Notes: generated by a model from the letters alone, not told the origin. A stretch of DNA of 32,000 nt from Acaryochloris marina MBIC11017 (GCF_000018105.1 NC_009925.1:1260001-1292000), one strand, 5' to 3'. Counted from the first letter of the stretch, positions 1 to 10,079 are shown. Made by a program: numbers and translations.

Positions 1-34
1 TGCATATAGTGAGAATATGCACTTTGTTGCATAT
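1..34. promoter_or_regulatory. Possible operator: TGCATAT half-site x3 upstream of the carotenoid oxygenase gene
   Basis: TGCATAT at 1-7 and 28-34, with an inverted copy ATATGCA at 15-21. The last copy ends 33 nt upstream of the ATG at 67. The window edge truncates the context. Confidence 0.2.
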
Positions 35-66
35 TACATCGTCTGCGTTGCCTAGGAGACCCACCT

Positions 67-1506
67 ATGATCACCCAGTCTCATCCTCAACAATTTCAGC
101 AACCTTGGTATGGCATGTTTGCCCAAGCTGCACCCGAATTTCCGACCACCCGGTTACCGATTTTGTCCGGGGCTATACCCGAAAACCTCAAAGGCTCTCT
201 ATATCGCAACGGCCCCGGTCGCCTAAAGCGCGGCGGACAACGGGTTGGCCACTGGTTTGATGGGGATGGAGCCGTTTTAGCCGTGCATTTCGATAGCGTC
301 AATGCAACAGGCGTCTATCGCTATGTTCAAACCGCAGGCTATCAGGCCGAAGAACAGGCCGATCAATTCTTGATGGGAGGTTATGGCATGCTGCCCGCCG
401 GATCCCTGTGGCAAAGATTGCGGCAGGGAGCAACCAAAAATGCTGCCAATACCTCTGTGCTTGCCCTCCCCGACAAGCTGTTGACCTTGTGGGAAGGCGG
501 ACATCCTCATGCTCTGGACTTAAACACTTTGGAGACCCAAAGGCTAGACGATTTGGGATTCCTAGCACCGGATCAGTCTTTCTCCGCCCATCCCAAATGG
601 GATCCGATCAGCAGCGAAATCTATAACTTTGGCGTTAGCTATAGCAAGCAAGGTCATCTGCATGTCTATCGCTGCAATCAAGAAGGAGCCGTTCAGCGCC
701 AAACCAAAATTCCGCTCCAGGGCTTGCCGATGATTCATGACTTTGTGATGGCGGGGCCTTACTTAATTTTTTGTATTTCCCCCGTCTTCCTCAATCCACT
801 GCCTATGTTGGCCCAGCTCAAAAGCTATAGCGACAGTCTCCAATGGAAACCCCAGCAAGGCACTCATATCTTAGTGATTGATCGTGAGTCCCTAGAAGTG
901 GTCAGCCAAGGTGAAGCAGATCCCTGGTATCAGTGGCATTTTGGTAATGGCTATGTGGACGACCAAGAAAATGTCGTTATCGATGTCGTCCGTTATGCCG
1001 ACTTCAGCACCAACCAGTTCCTCAAAGAAGTAGCCAGTGGTCATCCCCACACGCAAGCAGAAGGACAGCTTTGGCGACTACATCTCGATCCCCAGACGAG
1101 CCAAGTGTTGGAGACCTATAAGCTGATGGACCGCACAGGCGAGTTTCCAGTGGTTGATCCCCATCAGGTGGGACAGGCCCATCGGCATACCTATCTCTCC
1201 ACTCGCCCCACCTCAGACCCTACAACAGAACTCTTTCGTGAGATTGTCAGCTTCGATCACGTCTCGCAACAACTCAGCAGTGTGCAGATGGGCGATCAAG
1301 CCTATTGCAGTGAGCCCATCTATGCTCCTGATCCCGATCACCCTGGACAGGGCTGGATTCTGACCGTGGTCTATCAAGCTGCATCCCATACTAGTGAGGT
1401 GTGGATTTTGGCCGCCCATCGTCTTGAAGAAGGCCCGATTTGCCGATTAGGATTACCTAGCGTCGTCCCCATGGGGTTTCATGGCACTTGGCAGCCGAGT
1501 TTGTAA
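67..1506 (+). CDS. Carotenoid cleavage oxygenase (apocarotenoid oxygenase, RPE65/CCD family)
   Basis: 479-aa ORF with family-typical His contexts (HWFDGDG, MIHDFV, WHFGNGY) and the C-terminal GFHGTW motif. Confidence 0.88.
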   Translation: MITQSHPQQFQQPWYGMFAQAAPEFPTTRLPILSGAIPENLKGSLYRNGPGRLKRGGQRVGHWFDGDGAVLAVHFDSVNATGVYRYVQTAGYQAEEQADQFLMGGYGMLPAGSLWQRLRQGATKNAANTSVLALPDKLLTLWEGGHPHALDLNTLETQRLDDLGFLAPDQSFSAHPKWDPISSEIYNFGVSYSKQGHLHVYRCNQEGAVQRQTKIPLQGLPMIHDFVMAGPYLIFCISPVFLNPLPMLAQLKSYSDSLQWKPQQGTHILVIDRESLEVVSQGEADPWYQWHFGNGYVDDQENVVIDVVRYADFSTNQFLKEVASGHPHTQAEGQLWRLHLDPQTSQVLETYKLMDRTGEFPVVDPHQVGQAHRHTYLSTRPTSDPTTELFREIVSFDHVSQQLSSVQMGDQAYCSEPIYAPDPDHPGQGWILTVVYQAASHTSEVWILAAHRLEEGPICRLGLPSVVPMGFHGTWQPSL

Positions 1507-1630
1507 CCCTCATCAAGCAAGGGGAGAAGGAAGCAAAGTACAATGCTACACACCTCAGCAATTCATCCTTTCGCCAAACGTTTGTGAGATAGTAACTGAG
1601 GCCCGCAATCCTTCACGTGCAAGTTTGTCT

Positions 1631-3847
1631 ATGCCCAAATTCCCTTTGCGTCGGTCTAAGGCCCAAGCGGCCAGTACCGAAGAGACGCCTGGACTAGGCA
1701 CATTTGCAGGGGTTTATACCCCCTCCCTGCTCACCATCCTGGGCGTAATTATGTACCTACGCTTCGGTTGGGTTGTGGGTAATGTCGGCCTCTTCAATAC
1801 CCTAATCATCGTCACCTTAGCCACTTCGATCACCTTTTTGACGGCCCTGTCTATTTCTGCGATCGCAACCGATCAGGTGGTGCGCACGGGGGGAGCCTAC
1901 TACATGATTAGCCGCTCTCTGGGCATTGAGACGGGTGGGGCTGTGGGGATTCCCCTCTTTTTTGCCCAGGCGGTTTCCGTGGCCCTCTACACCATTGGCT
2001 TTGCAGAAAGTCTGGTTCGCATTTTTCCTAGCCTCAATCAAACCCTGGTGGCCGCTATCACCACCCTATTAGTGGCTGGTCTGGCATTGAAATCTGCTGA
2101 TATTGCCATCAAAGCCCAATTTGGGATTATGGCGGCCATTGCCCTATCCCTTATTTCCTTTGGATTCGGTCATGCCGTGCCACCGGAAACCGGAACCGAC
2201 GCCATTCCCCAAGCCAAGAGCTTTTGGGAAGTCTTTGCCGTCTTTTTCCCAGCGGTCACCGGCATTATGGCGGGCGTCAGCATGTCTGGCGATCTCAAAG
2301 ATCCGGCCCGGTCAATTCCAAAGGGGACATTAGCCGCTGTGGGAACCGGCTATGTGATCTATATGGTGTTGCCGATCCTACTCACCATGCGAGCCGAACC
2401 TGGCACCCTGATCCAAGATCCCCTGGTGATGCGCAAAATTGCCTTTTGGGGGGATGCCATCTTATTGGGGGTCTGGGGCGCTACCCTTTCCAGTGCGATT
2501 GGCAGTATTTTAGGGGCACCCCGAGTCTTACAGGCATTGGCACGCGATCGCATCTTGCCTCGCAGTCTTCGCTGGCTGGGAATTGGCAGTGGCCCTACAG
2601 ATGAACCTCGACTCGGCACCCTCTTCACCTTAGGCATTGCCTTAGCCGTGGTCTCCATTGGCGATCTCAATTTGATCGCACCGGTTCTCAGTATGTTTTT
2701 CTTGACCACCTATATGGTCCTTAACGTGGCGGCTGGGGTGGAAAGCTTTCTCCAAAGCCCTTCTTTTCGTCCTACCTTTCGCATCCACTGGATTTTTTCC
2801 CTGATGGGTGCCCTGGGCTGTATTGCCGTCATGTTTTTAATTAACGGGTTGGCAACCATTGTTGCAGCTCTGATTGTTTTGGCCATCTACCTATGGCTAG
2901 AACGACAGCAGTTGGAAAGTGCCTGGGGAGATGTCCGTCGAGGCATATGGATGACCGTGGTCCGCAAGGGGCTGTTTCAAATTAGTAATGCTCCCGACCC
3001 CAAAAACTGGCGACCCCATATTTTGGTACTTTCAGGCATTCCCACTCGCCGATGGCATCTTGTACAGGTTGCCTCAGCCCTCACCCACAATCGCGGACTG
3101 ATTACGGTCTCTAGTGTTCTACCCGTGAAGGGTAGAGACGTGGCCCAACAGACCACCATGGAAGCGATGGTAAAAGATTATTTGGATCGCAAAGGGGTGA
3201 AAGCCCTAGTCCGATTTGTTCGCGATAGTGATCCCTTTGGCGGCGCAGAACGCTTGGTCGAAGCTTATGGGCTAGGAGCCTTGGTTCCTAACACCATTTT
3301 GTTAGGCAATACGGAAAACGCAACGAGCCGCGATCGCTACTGCCAGATGATTGCCCATTTCCATCAGGCCCAACGAAACGTTGCTATCCTTCGCTACCAA
3401 GACAATCATCAAAATCGCTTTCCCAACTTCTGTCGTCGGATTGATGTCTGGTGGGGTGGCCTGAAAGGCAATGGCGGCCTGATGCTGATCTTGGCTGACC
3501 TACTGCGGACTAGTATGGTGTGGCGGCAAACCGAAATTTGGCTCAAGCTCGTCGTTCCCGACCAGTCTGCTGCCCAAGCGGCTCAGCGCAACCTCGACGA
3601 TGTGGTCAAACGACTCCGCATCCGAGCGGTTTCCCAAGTGATTATTGCCAATGAACGCCCCTTCGCCCAGATCTTAAAATCTTCTTCTAAAGGGGCTGAC
3701 TTAGTCGTTCTGGGAATGGCGCGTCCAGACGAACAATTCAGCGAATATTACGAGAGTTTACAGACTCGAACCACGGGATTGCCCACGACCTTATTTGTAC
3801 TAGCATCTCAAAATTTGGCCTTTGCTGACGTACTGGAGAAGGAATAG
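1631..3847 (+). CDS. APC-superfamily permease of the cation-chloride cotransporter (SLC12-like) type with a large C-terminal cytosolic domain
   Basis: The ORF is open from 1481, but its first 50 codons overlap the upstream gene and are non-hydrophobic. The ATG at 1631 is followed by about 12 hydrophobic helices (GAYYMISRSLG, FFPAVTGIMAG) and then a roughly 300-aa soluble domain. Confidence 0.78.
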   Translation: MPKFPLRRSKAQAASTEETPGLGTFAGVYTPSLLTILGVIMYLRFGWVVGNVGLFNTLIIVTLATSITFLTALSISAIATDQVVRTGGAYYMISRSLGIETGGAVGIPLFFAQAVSVALYTIGFAESLVRIFPSLNQTLVAAITTLLVAGLALKSADIAIKAQFGIMAAIALSLISFGFGHAVPPETGTDAIPQAKSFWEVFAVFFPAVTGIMAGVSMSGDLKDPARSIPKGTLAAVGTGYVIYMVLPILLTMRAEPGTLIQDPLVMRKIAFWGDAILLGVWGATLSSAIGSILGAPRVLQALARDRILPRSLRWLGIGSGPTDEPRLGTLFTLGIALAVVSIGDLNLIAPVLSMFFLTTYMVLNVAAGVESFLQSPSFRPTFRIHWIFSLMGALGCIAVMFLINGLATIVAALIVLAIYLWLERQQLESAWGDVRRGIWMTVVRKGLFQISNAPDPKNWRPHILVLSGIPTRRWHLVQVASALTHNRGLITVSSVLPVKGRDVAQQTTMEAMVKDYLDRKGVKALVRFVRDSDPFGGAERLVEAYGLGALVPNTILLGNTENATSRDRYCQMIAHFHQAQRNVAILRYQDNHQNRFPNFCRRIDVWWGGLKGNGGLMLILADLLRTSMVWRQTEIWLKLVVPDQSAAQAAQRNLDDVVKRLRIRAVSQVIIANERPFAQILKSSSKGADLVVLGMARPDEQFSEYYESLQTRTTGLPTTLFVLASQNLAFADVLEKE

Positions 3848-3984
3848 CTTTTTCAGTGGGCCAGCTTTATATTTTTTACCCTAGTTCTTCCCTCGGGGTT
3901 CTTGTAGAATGGCGAACTGAGGTGTCAGAAACTGATTAATTCCGTTCTGCTCATCGCTGTGAACTTTCATTCTCCTTTCCTGTT

Positions 3985-5568
3985 ATGCCCAAGGTTCTCG
4001 TCTCAGATCCAATTGACCCCTCTGGTATTGACCTTTTAGGTCAAGTTGCCCAGGTCGATGTAAAGACCAAGCTTTCTCCTGAAGAATTAATCCAAATTAT
4101 TCCTGAGTACGATGCCCTGATGATTCGGTCGGGCACTCAAGTTACAGAAGCAGTGATTGAAGCCGCCACCCAGCTCAAAATTATTGGTCGAGCTGGTGTG
4201 GGTGTCGATAATGTGGATGTGCCCACAGCCACCAAAAAAGGGATTGTAGTGGTTAACTCTCCAGAGGGTAACACCATCGCCGCCGCAGAACATGCTTTAG
4301 CCTTAATGCTGTCCCTCTCTCGCCATATTCCCGATGCCAACCAGTCCGTTAAAGCGGGCAAATGGGAACGCAAAAAGTTTACCGGCGTAGAAGTCTATAA
4401 AAAGACCCTGGGTGTTGTTGGACTGGGCAAAATCGGTTCCCATGTGGCCACCGTTGCCCGGGCAATGGGAATGAAGCTGCTAGCCTACGACCCTTTCTTA
4501 TCCCAAGAACGGGCAGAGCAGTTAGGCTGCAGACTAGTGGAGTTAGATTTTTTATTCCAAGAATCGGACTACATCACCTTACATCTCCCCAAAACACCAG
4601 AAACCCAGAACTTAGTCAATGCTGAGACCCTCGGCAAAATGAAGTCCACCGCCCGCATTATCAACTGCGCTCGTGGCGGCATCATTGATGAAGACGCCCT
4701 AGGCAAAGCCCTAGAATCCGGGCAAATCGCTGCTGCAGCCTTGGATGTCTATGCCAGCGAACCCCTAGGAGACTCTCCTCTATGTCATCTAGAGCAAGAC
4801 ATCATCTTGACCCCCCACCTAGGAGCCTCAACAGAAGAAGCTCAAACTAACGTAGCAGTTGACGTCGCCGAGCAAATTCGCGATGTGCTTTTAGGACTAC
4901 CAGCCCGGTCAGCTGTAAACATTCCTGGCTTACGTCCCGACGTACTGGAAAAACTCAAGCCATACATGCTCCTAGCCGAGACCTTGGGCAATCTAGTCGG
5001 TCAATTAGCGGGGGGCCGGATAGAATCCCTAGATGTCCGTCTCCAAGGAGAACTGGCCTCCAACGATAGTCAACCGATTGTTGTCGCAGCCCTCAAAGGA
5101 CTGTTATCCCCAGCATTGCGAGAGCGTGTGAACTATGTGAATGCCGGCATTGAAGCCAAAGATCGTGGGATTCGCGTCGTGGAGACTCGTGATGCTTCGG
5201 TTCGGGATTATTCCGGGTCTATTCAACTTTCTGCCAAAGGCCCCTCTGAAACTCGCTCAGTAACGGGTGCCATTCTAGGGGAGGACGAGCTGCGCATTAC
5301 CAATATTGATGACTTTCCAATCAATGTGGTCCCTACCCGGCACATGTTGTTGACAGTACACCGAGATATGCCCGGTATTATTGGCCAAATTGGCTCCCAG
5401 TTAGGTAGCTTTAACGTCAATATCGCCAGTATGCAAGTAGGCCGCAAGATGGTTCGAGGCTCGGCTGTGATGGTTCTTAGCCTAGATGATCCCTTACCCG
5501 AAGGAGTACTGTCTGAAATCACGAATGTAGAAGGCATTCGTGATGCCTATATTGTGAATTTACAATAA
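3985..5568 (+). CDS. serA: D-3-phosphoglycerate dehydrogenase (long form with ACT domain)
   Basis: 527 aa. NAD-binding motif GVVGLGKIGS, the catalytic-region motifs NCARGG and TPHLGAST, and a C-terminal ACT-like regulatory domain. Confidence 0.93.
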   Translation: MPKVLVSDPIDPSGIDLLGQVAQVDVKTKLSPEELIQIIPEYDALMIRSGTQVTEAVIEAATQLKIIGRAGVGVDNVDVPTATKKGIVVVNSPEGNTIAAAEHALALMLSLSRHIPDANQSVKAGKWERKKFTGVEVYKKTLGVVGLGKIGSHVATVARAMGMKLLAYDPFLSQERAEQLGCRLVELDFLFQESDYITLHLPKTPETQNLVNAETLGKMKSTARIINCARGGIIDEDALGKALESGQIAAAALDVYASEPLGDSPLCHLEQDIILTPHLGASTEEAQTNVAVDVAEQIRDVLLGLPARSAVNIPGLRPDVLEKLKPYMLLAETLGNLVGQLAGGRIESLDVRLQGELASNDSQPIVVAALKGLLSPALRERVNYVNAGIEAKDRGIRVVETRDASVRDYSGSIQLSAKGPSETRSVTGAILGEDELRITNIDDFPINVVPTRHMLLTVHRDMPGIIGQIGSQLGSFNVNIASMQVGRKMVRGSAVMVLSLDDPLPEGVLSEITNVEGIRDAYIVNLQ

Positions 5569-6506
5569 TGGCCGATCCAGGCATCCACACTCCGTCGGAC
5601 ACTCCTACGGCTTTACCCCCTAGCCAATGGTGGGAAATTAAAGTTGTGGGAGTGCCACTGCTAGATGATCTACTCTTCTGGCGGCTACAAGAAGAAGGAT
5701 GCCAAGGCACGGCCAGCCAAATAGTCAATCAAGAGTTGACTGTTTGCGGATATTTATCCCTGGATCGGGTCCAGTCCATCGATCTGCAAAAACTTGCCGA
5801 GAGATTACATCAGGATGTCCAGTCAGTGGGATATCCTGCCCCAGATATTAGCTGGCAACTGATCACAGAAGAAGATTGGGCCCATAACTGGCGAGACTAT
5901 TGGCATCCTCAAGAAGTTGGCAATCGGTTACTGATTTATCCGGCTTGGCTAGAGGTGCCAGAACAATGTGAACGTCTTTTGATTCGCCTTAATCCCGGAG
6001 TCGCTTTTGGCACAGGCGCTCATGCAACCACGCAGCTCTGCTTGCGAGCCCTAGAACAACGAATTTCAGAACAACCCAATCCTCTAAGTATCGCTGATAT
6101 TGGTTGTGGCACGGGTATTCTTTCCATTGCTGCTCTTCTTTTAGGAGTTCAAAAAGCCTATGCGGTTGATCTAGATCCACTCGCCATTGGTGCAACCCAA
6201 GCTAGTCGAGAACTGAATGGCCTCACTTCAGATCAGTTATGGGTTAAGGAAGGAAGTCTTGATCAAGTGATACAGCAGCTTCAGCATCCAGTCCAAGGGT
6301 TTTGTTGCAATATTTTGGCCCATATCATTCTTGACCTAATACCCCATTTCGCTGATATCACTGACCAAAACGGTTGGGGAATTCTTAGCGGCATTTTGGA
6401 TACTCAAGAACCGATGATTATTGAGGCACTAAATGCTCATGGCTGGCAAGTTCGCGATACCCATCATGAGCAAGACTGGTGCAGTTTAATCATTGAGCGC
6501 AGATGA
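5568..6506 (+). CDS. prmA: Ribosomal protein L11 methyltransferase
   Basis: 312 aa with SAM-binding motif DIGCGTGILS and N-terminal WWE. The start overlaps the serA stop by 1 nt (TAATG). Confidence 0.82.
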   Translation: MADPGIHTPSDTPTALPPSQWWEIKVVGVPLLDDLLFWRLQEEGCQGTASQIVNQELTVCGYLSLDRVQSIDLQKLAERLHQDVQSVGYPAPDISWQLITEEDWAHNWRDYWHPQEVGNRLLIYPAWLEVPEQCERLLIRLNPGVAFGTGAHATTQLCLRALEQRISEQPNPLSIADIGCGTGILSIAALLLGVQKAYAVDLDPLAIGATQASRELNGLTSDQLWVKEGSLDQVIQQLQHPVQGFCCNILAHIILDLIPHFADITDQNGWGILSGILDTQEPMIIEALNAHGWQVRDTHHEQDWCSLIIERR

Positions 6507-7256
6507 AACACCGAACTCTCTAAATTCTGGCACTACCGATAGGTCGGATAAATCTGAAGTTTAGCTTCCCATTTATTTCAATCTAACTTTATAGATGCTT
6601 TTCCTGACACCATCTGGAGTGTGTTTATAATTTTTTCGTAGTTTTCCTCACCGTATTCACAATATTGCCCCTAGACTAGGTCACAGCAAGAAAGCGGCAA
6701 ACCTACTTTAGACAATTCCGAATACGCTTAGTGGCATGAGTTTGGTTTAATAAACCAAAGAACTAGATTCTAAATCTACTCACTTTACCAAGGTCTCTTT
6801 ACCCCACTCACAGATATTGCTACTTGTAGTGAGAACACAGTGATTATTGGCGAAATCAAATCAATATCCTTGTCCTTTAGATATATAGGCCTTTTTTATC
6901 AAAAATTTAGTCAATTTGGACCTTAATAGACCTGGAAAAACTTCTATTCTGAGTTCCTCAGAGTAGAGGATTAAGGGTTATAAACTGAGATTATACTGAT
7001 TTTTTGTTGACTCAAATAAAAAAATCGGTCGTCTCCTTACTATTTCAAAAGCGACAAACATGATTATCAGACTATTTTTAGTGTAAAATATTGCCTCAAA
7101 CTAATCTGAGGAACCGTTAAGATCAGAAGCCATGGCAACGAGCACAAAAGGAATAGAAATTAATTTTTAATTAGTCCTTTAGTATAATATTTGGACTTTA
7201 TCTAGGTCAATATCCAATGAGGCAAAGACTAGAGCTTGTATTTTCAGTGATCTAAT

Positions 7257-7370
7257 TAGACCTCTTGCATAATTCGGCTAACGGTATGGTAGATGACTAA
7301 AAATCCAAGTCAGATCGCAGCATAAATTTAGTTAGTAACACATCATGAAACGAATATTGCAAGAGGTCTA
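7257..7370. repeat. 114-bp element bounded by 20-bp near-perfect inverted repeats
   Basis: TAGACCTCTTGCATAATTCG at 7257-7276 matches the reverse complement of 7351-7370 (TAGACCTCTTGCAATATTCG) at 18/20 positions. The spacer is 74 nt and the element lies in ORF-free AT-rich DNA. Confidence 0.55.
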
Positions 7371-7820
7371 TTCTTACTAAAAAAAAGAAAGTAATTTGTT
7401 TTTTAAATCATGGATATTAAGTCAAATACAATCGTTTTTCATACTTCAACATCTACTTAATTAATTCTTTATCAGTAGTTTTTATTTATTATCTGTGACA
7501 ATTCGTCGATTTTACTCATGATTTACTGGTGTACATAAGCCTGATATCTTTTAACATTCGCTAATCCTCTACTACTGGATTATTCAAGGTAGTTTCTGTT
7601 GTCTGTCAAATAGAATACAAAGCATGGATTATCGAATCCTCGTTCTCTATAGCAATATTGCAAGTATCATTTTAGATATTTTGCTGCGAATCAATTGAAG
7701 CGTAATATGGAAATATCGATTCTCATTCTCCTGGCATCCAGAGATCTAATTATGCAGCCCTAAACCCTCAAAGATACCCTCTAAAAACGCATTCTGCCTG
7801 AATTTAGTAAATTAGAACTG

Positions 7821-9956
7821 ATGTTAATTCTGCAGCCGTATATTCAACAGGCTTTCAATAAAGTAGCAATTACAAGTAGCAAAGTTAAGAAACTAACGCT
7901 TGTTAGTTTCTTTAAACACTATATTGGCCTAACTTTATCGAACAAAAAGTCTGATGGAAATCAATTGAAATCAGTTGATGAGCTATGTCAGAAACATCCA
8001 AAGCTAATAACGAATCTATTTGAAAACATCAATATTGAACATCCTGGCCTAGAGACAGTCAGAGAATATGTCAATAAGGGTGACTATACTCAAGCCAGCC
8101 ACTCGTTAATTACATATTTTCGAAATAAGCCAGATAAAATAGGCTGGAAGAATTTACTTCCAGAGCAAAAATTTAACAAGGATTTAGATGCAGACCATAT
8201 TTTAAACAATGAATTTATCTTCCAACGTATAAGTGGCACCGTCCCACAAGACAATGATCGTTTTAATTGGTCTTATCTAGGTACTAAAGAAGATTCTGAG
8301 TGGGCATGGTTTTTGAACAGACATTACCATGTTGTCGATCTTTTTCATGCCTATTTAAGAAGTGGCAACTCAGATTATGTTCAATATATTTACCTCAGTA
8401 TCAGAGATTGGATATTAACTAGCATTGCAGCCCCTAACACCCACTACTGGGCTCAGTGGCGAGGTCGGGAAGTCGCTTGTCGCATTTTGCACTGGGCTCC
8501 CATTTTTTATGGATTGCTTGAGAGTCCCAACTTTTCAGACGTCGATCATCTGCTAATGCTCGCAATTTTGCCCGTACATGGTAATTTTCTGCGTCATTGC
8601 CACACCTGGGGGGCGAACTGGCTTGCTCGCGAGATGAACGGACTAGCAACTCTAGCAATATGCTGGCCTGAGTTTAAATTCTCCCAATCTTGGTTGACTT
8701 ACGCCCAATTTCACATGTCCCGCGAGATTGAATTGCAAGTCTATCCTGATGGCAGCCATAAAGAGCTAACGAGTCACTACCATCGAGTGACTTTGCTAGA
8801 TTTCGATAATTTTGCCAAATTAATGCAGCTTTCTGGCCACAATTTGTCTATCTCTTTTGGCAAAACATTAGAGAGGATGTGGAACTATCTGGCATTCGCA
8901 ATGCGGCCAGATGGTAGTTCCCCCCTCAATAATGATTCGGATCGAGATGAGCTTCGAACAACCATCAAAAGCGTTGCCAATCTATATAACCGCTCTGATT
9001 GGCAATATATTGCATCCAATGGCCAGGAAGGAGACGGTCCTCTCTCCCCATCTATTCTCTTTCCTTGGGCAGGCCAAGTGATTATGCGAAGCAGTTGGAA
9101 TAAAGATGCTCATTGGGCATTTTTTGATGTGGGTCCCCACGGCATTAACTACCATACCCACAATGATAAATTGCATCTTTCTGTTGCCGCATTTGGTCGA
9201 GATTTATTAGTGGATAGCGGACGTTATCACTACAAACGAGATTCCTTTTGGCATTATTTTAGGAACTCAGCTAGCCACAACACTATCCTTGTGGATGGTC
9301 AGGGCCAAAATGCAGGCATCGGTGAAGCACTGAACCCCGTCGAACAGCAGTTTTATTCGACACCAGAGTTTGATTTTGCCTATGGCAAATTTGATCAAGG
9401 GTATCAAGGAGTCGCAGACAAAGTCATCCATTCACGATTCTTAGTCTATCTGCGCCATCAATATTGGGTTGTGATTGATCGTGTATCTGCAAGCAACGCT
9501 CATCAAATTCAAACCCTTTGGCACTTTCACCCTGATTGCAATCTTGAAGTTCAAGGTTCCTCTATCGTCACTACTAATGAGAATTGCGGCAATTTAAGAA
9601 TTGTTCCGACGGATAATCTGTCTTGGGATATCGATATTGCCAGAGGGAGTATGGAGCCGATTCAAGGTTGGTGGAGTAAAGAATATAACCATAAACAACC
9701 GAATCCAACAGCGATCTATTCATCCCATCTGTCTACAACAGCAACGTTTGCCTGGATCTTATGTCCTGCACGGGGCGTTGTACCGCCCATTGATGTTCAG
9801 TATCAATCCATTTCTGATGACCAGATAGAGCTAGAGATAACACATACGTCTAATCGTATTCAGCTCTCTTTATATCTAAATGAACAACACATTCTCCATT
9901 CTCTGTCTTCTCATCCAGAGGCCATTATCCAGGTTAAAGGATTGAAGCCCGAGTAG
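7821..9956 (+). CDS. Heparinase II/III-like (polysaccharide lyase) family protein
   Basis: 711 aa. The N-terminal part resembles an alginate-lyase-type helical domain. The C-terminal part has heparinase II/III-type motifs (SHYHRV; HGINYHTHNDKLHLSVAAFGRDLLVDSGRYHY; SASHNTILVDG). Confidence 0.75.
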   Translation: MLILQPYIQQAFNKVAITSSKVKKLTLVSFFKHYIGLTLSNKKSDGNQLKSVDELCQKHPKLITNLFENINIEHPGLETVREYVNKGDYTQASHSLITYFRNKPDKIGWKNLLPEQKFNKDLDADHILNNEFIFQRISGTVPQDNDRFNWSYLGTKEDSEWAWFLNRHYHVVDLFHAYLRSGNSDYVQYIYLSIRDWILTSIAAPNTHYWAQWRGREVACRILHWAPIFYGLLESPNFSDVDHLLMLAILPVHGNFLRHCHTWGANWLAREMNGLATLAICWPEFKFSQSWLTYAQFHMSREIELQVYPDGSHKELTSHYHRVTLLDFDNFAKLMQLSGHNLSISFGKTLERMWNYLAFAMRPDGSSPLNNDSDRDELRTTIKSVANLYNRSDWQYIASNGQEGDGPLSPSILFPWAGQVIMRSSWNKDAHWAFFDVGPHGINYHTHNDKLHLSVAAFGRDLLVDSGRYHYKRDSFWHYFRNSASHNTILVDGQGQNAGIGEALNPVEQQFYSTPEFDFAYGKFDQGYQGVADKVIHSRFLVYLRHQYWVVIDRVSASNAHQIQTLWHFHPDCNLEVQGSSIVTTNENCGNLRIVPTDNLSWDIDIARGSMEPIQGWWSKEYNHKQPNPTAIYSSHLSTTATFAWILCPARGVVPPIDVQYQSISDDQIELEITHTSNRIQLSLYLNEQHILHSLSSHPEAIIQVKGLKPE

Positions 9957-9984
9957 TAAATGGATTGAAGCCTGGGTAGCAAAT
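9939..9984 (+). repeat. 23-bp tandem duplication spanning the stop codon of the heparinase-like gene
   Basis: GGATTGAAGCCCGAGTAGTAAAT (9939-9961) and GGATTGAAGCCTGGGTAGCAAAT (9962-9984) share 20/23 positions. Both read G-L-K-P-(E/G)-stop. Confidence 0.8.
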
Positions 9985-10006
9985 GGTACTCTCAAAATTC
10001 AAATAA

Positions 10007-10047
10007 TCAGCCATCATTGACCTGTCATGATGATGAGAGATGGCTGA
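10007..10047. terminator. Hairpin between convergent genes (possible bidirectional terminator)
   Basis: TCAGCCATC (10007-10015) pairs with GATGGCTGA (10039-10047), with further inner pairing. The U-tract is weak (ATCAAACACTTTT). Confidence 0.35.
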
Positions 10048-10079
10048 ATCAAACACTTTTGAAGCGAAGACTTTCCAAC

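Noticed and set aside
9-626. Short ORFs overlapping the 5' part of the carotenoid oxygenase gene on both strands
   Set aside because: They are embedded in a well-supported 479-aa gene and have Pro/Arg/Ser-rich off-frame composition.
1481-1630. N-terminal 50-codon extension of the permease ORF
   Set aside because: It overlaps the 3' end of the carotenoid oxygenase gene and is non-hydrophobic. The ATG at 1631 directly precedes the transporter core.
6953-7114. 10-bp inverted repeat GTTCCTCAGA (6953-6962) / TCTGAGGAAC (7105-7114)
   Set aside because: At only 10 bp in very AT-rich DNA, with no target duplication seen, it is not enough to call an element.
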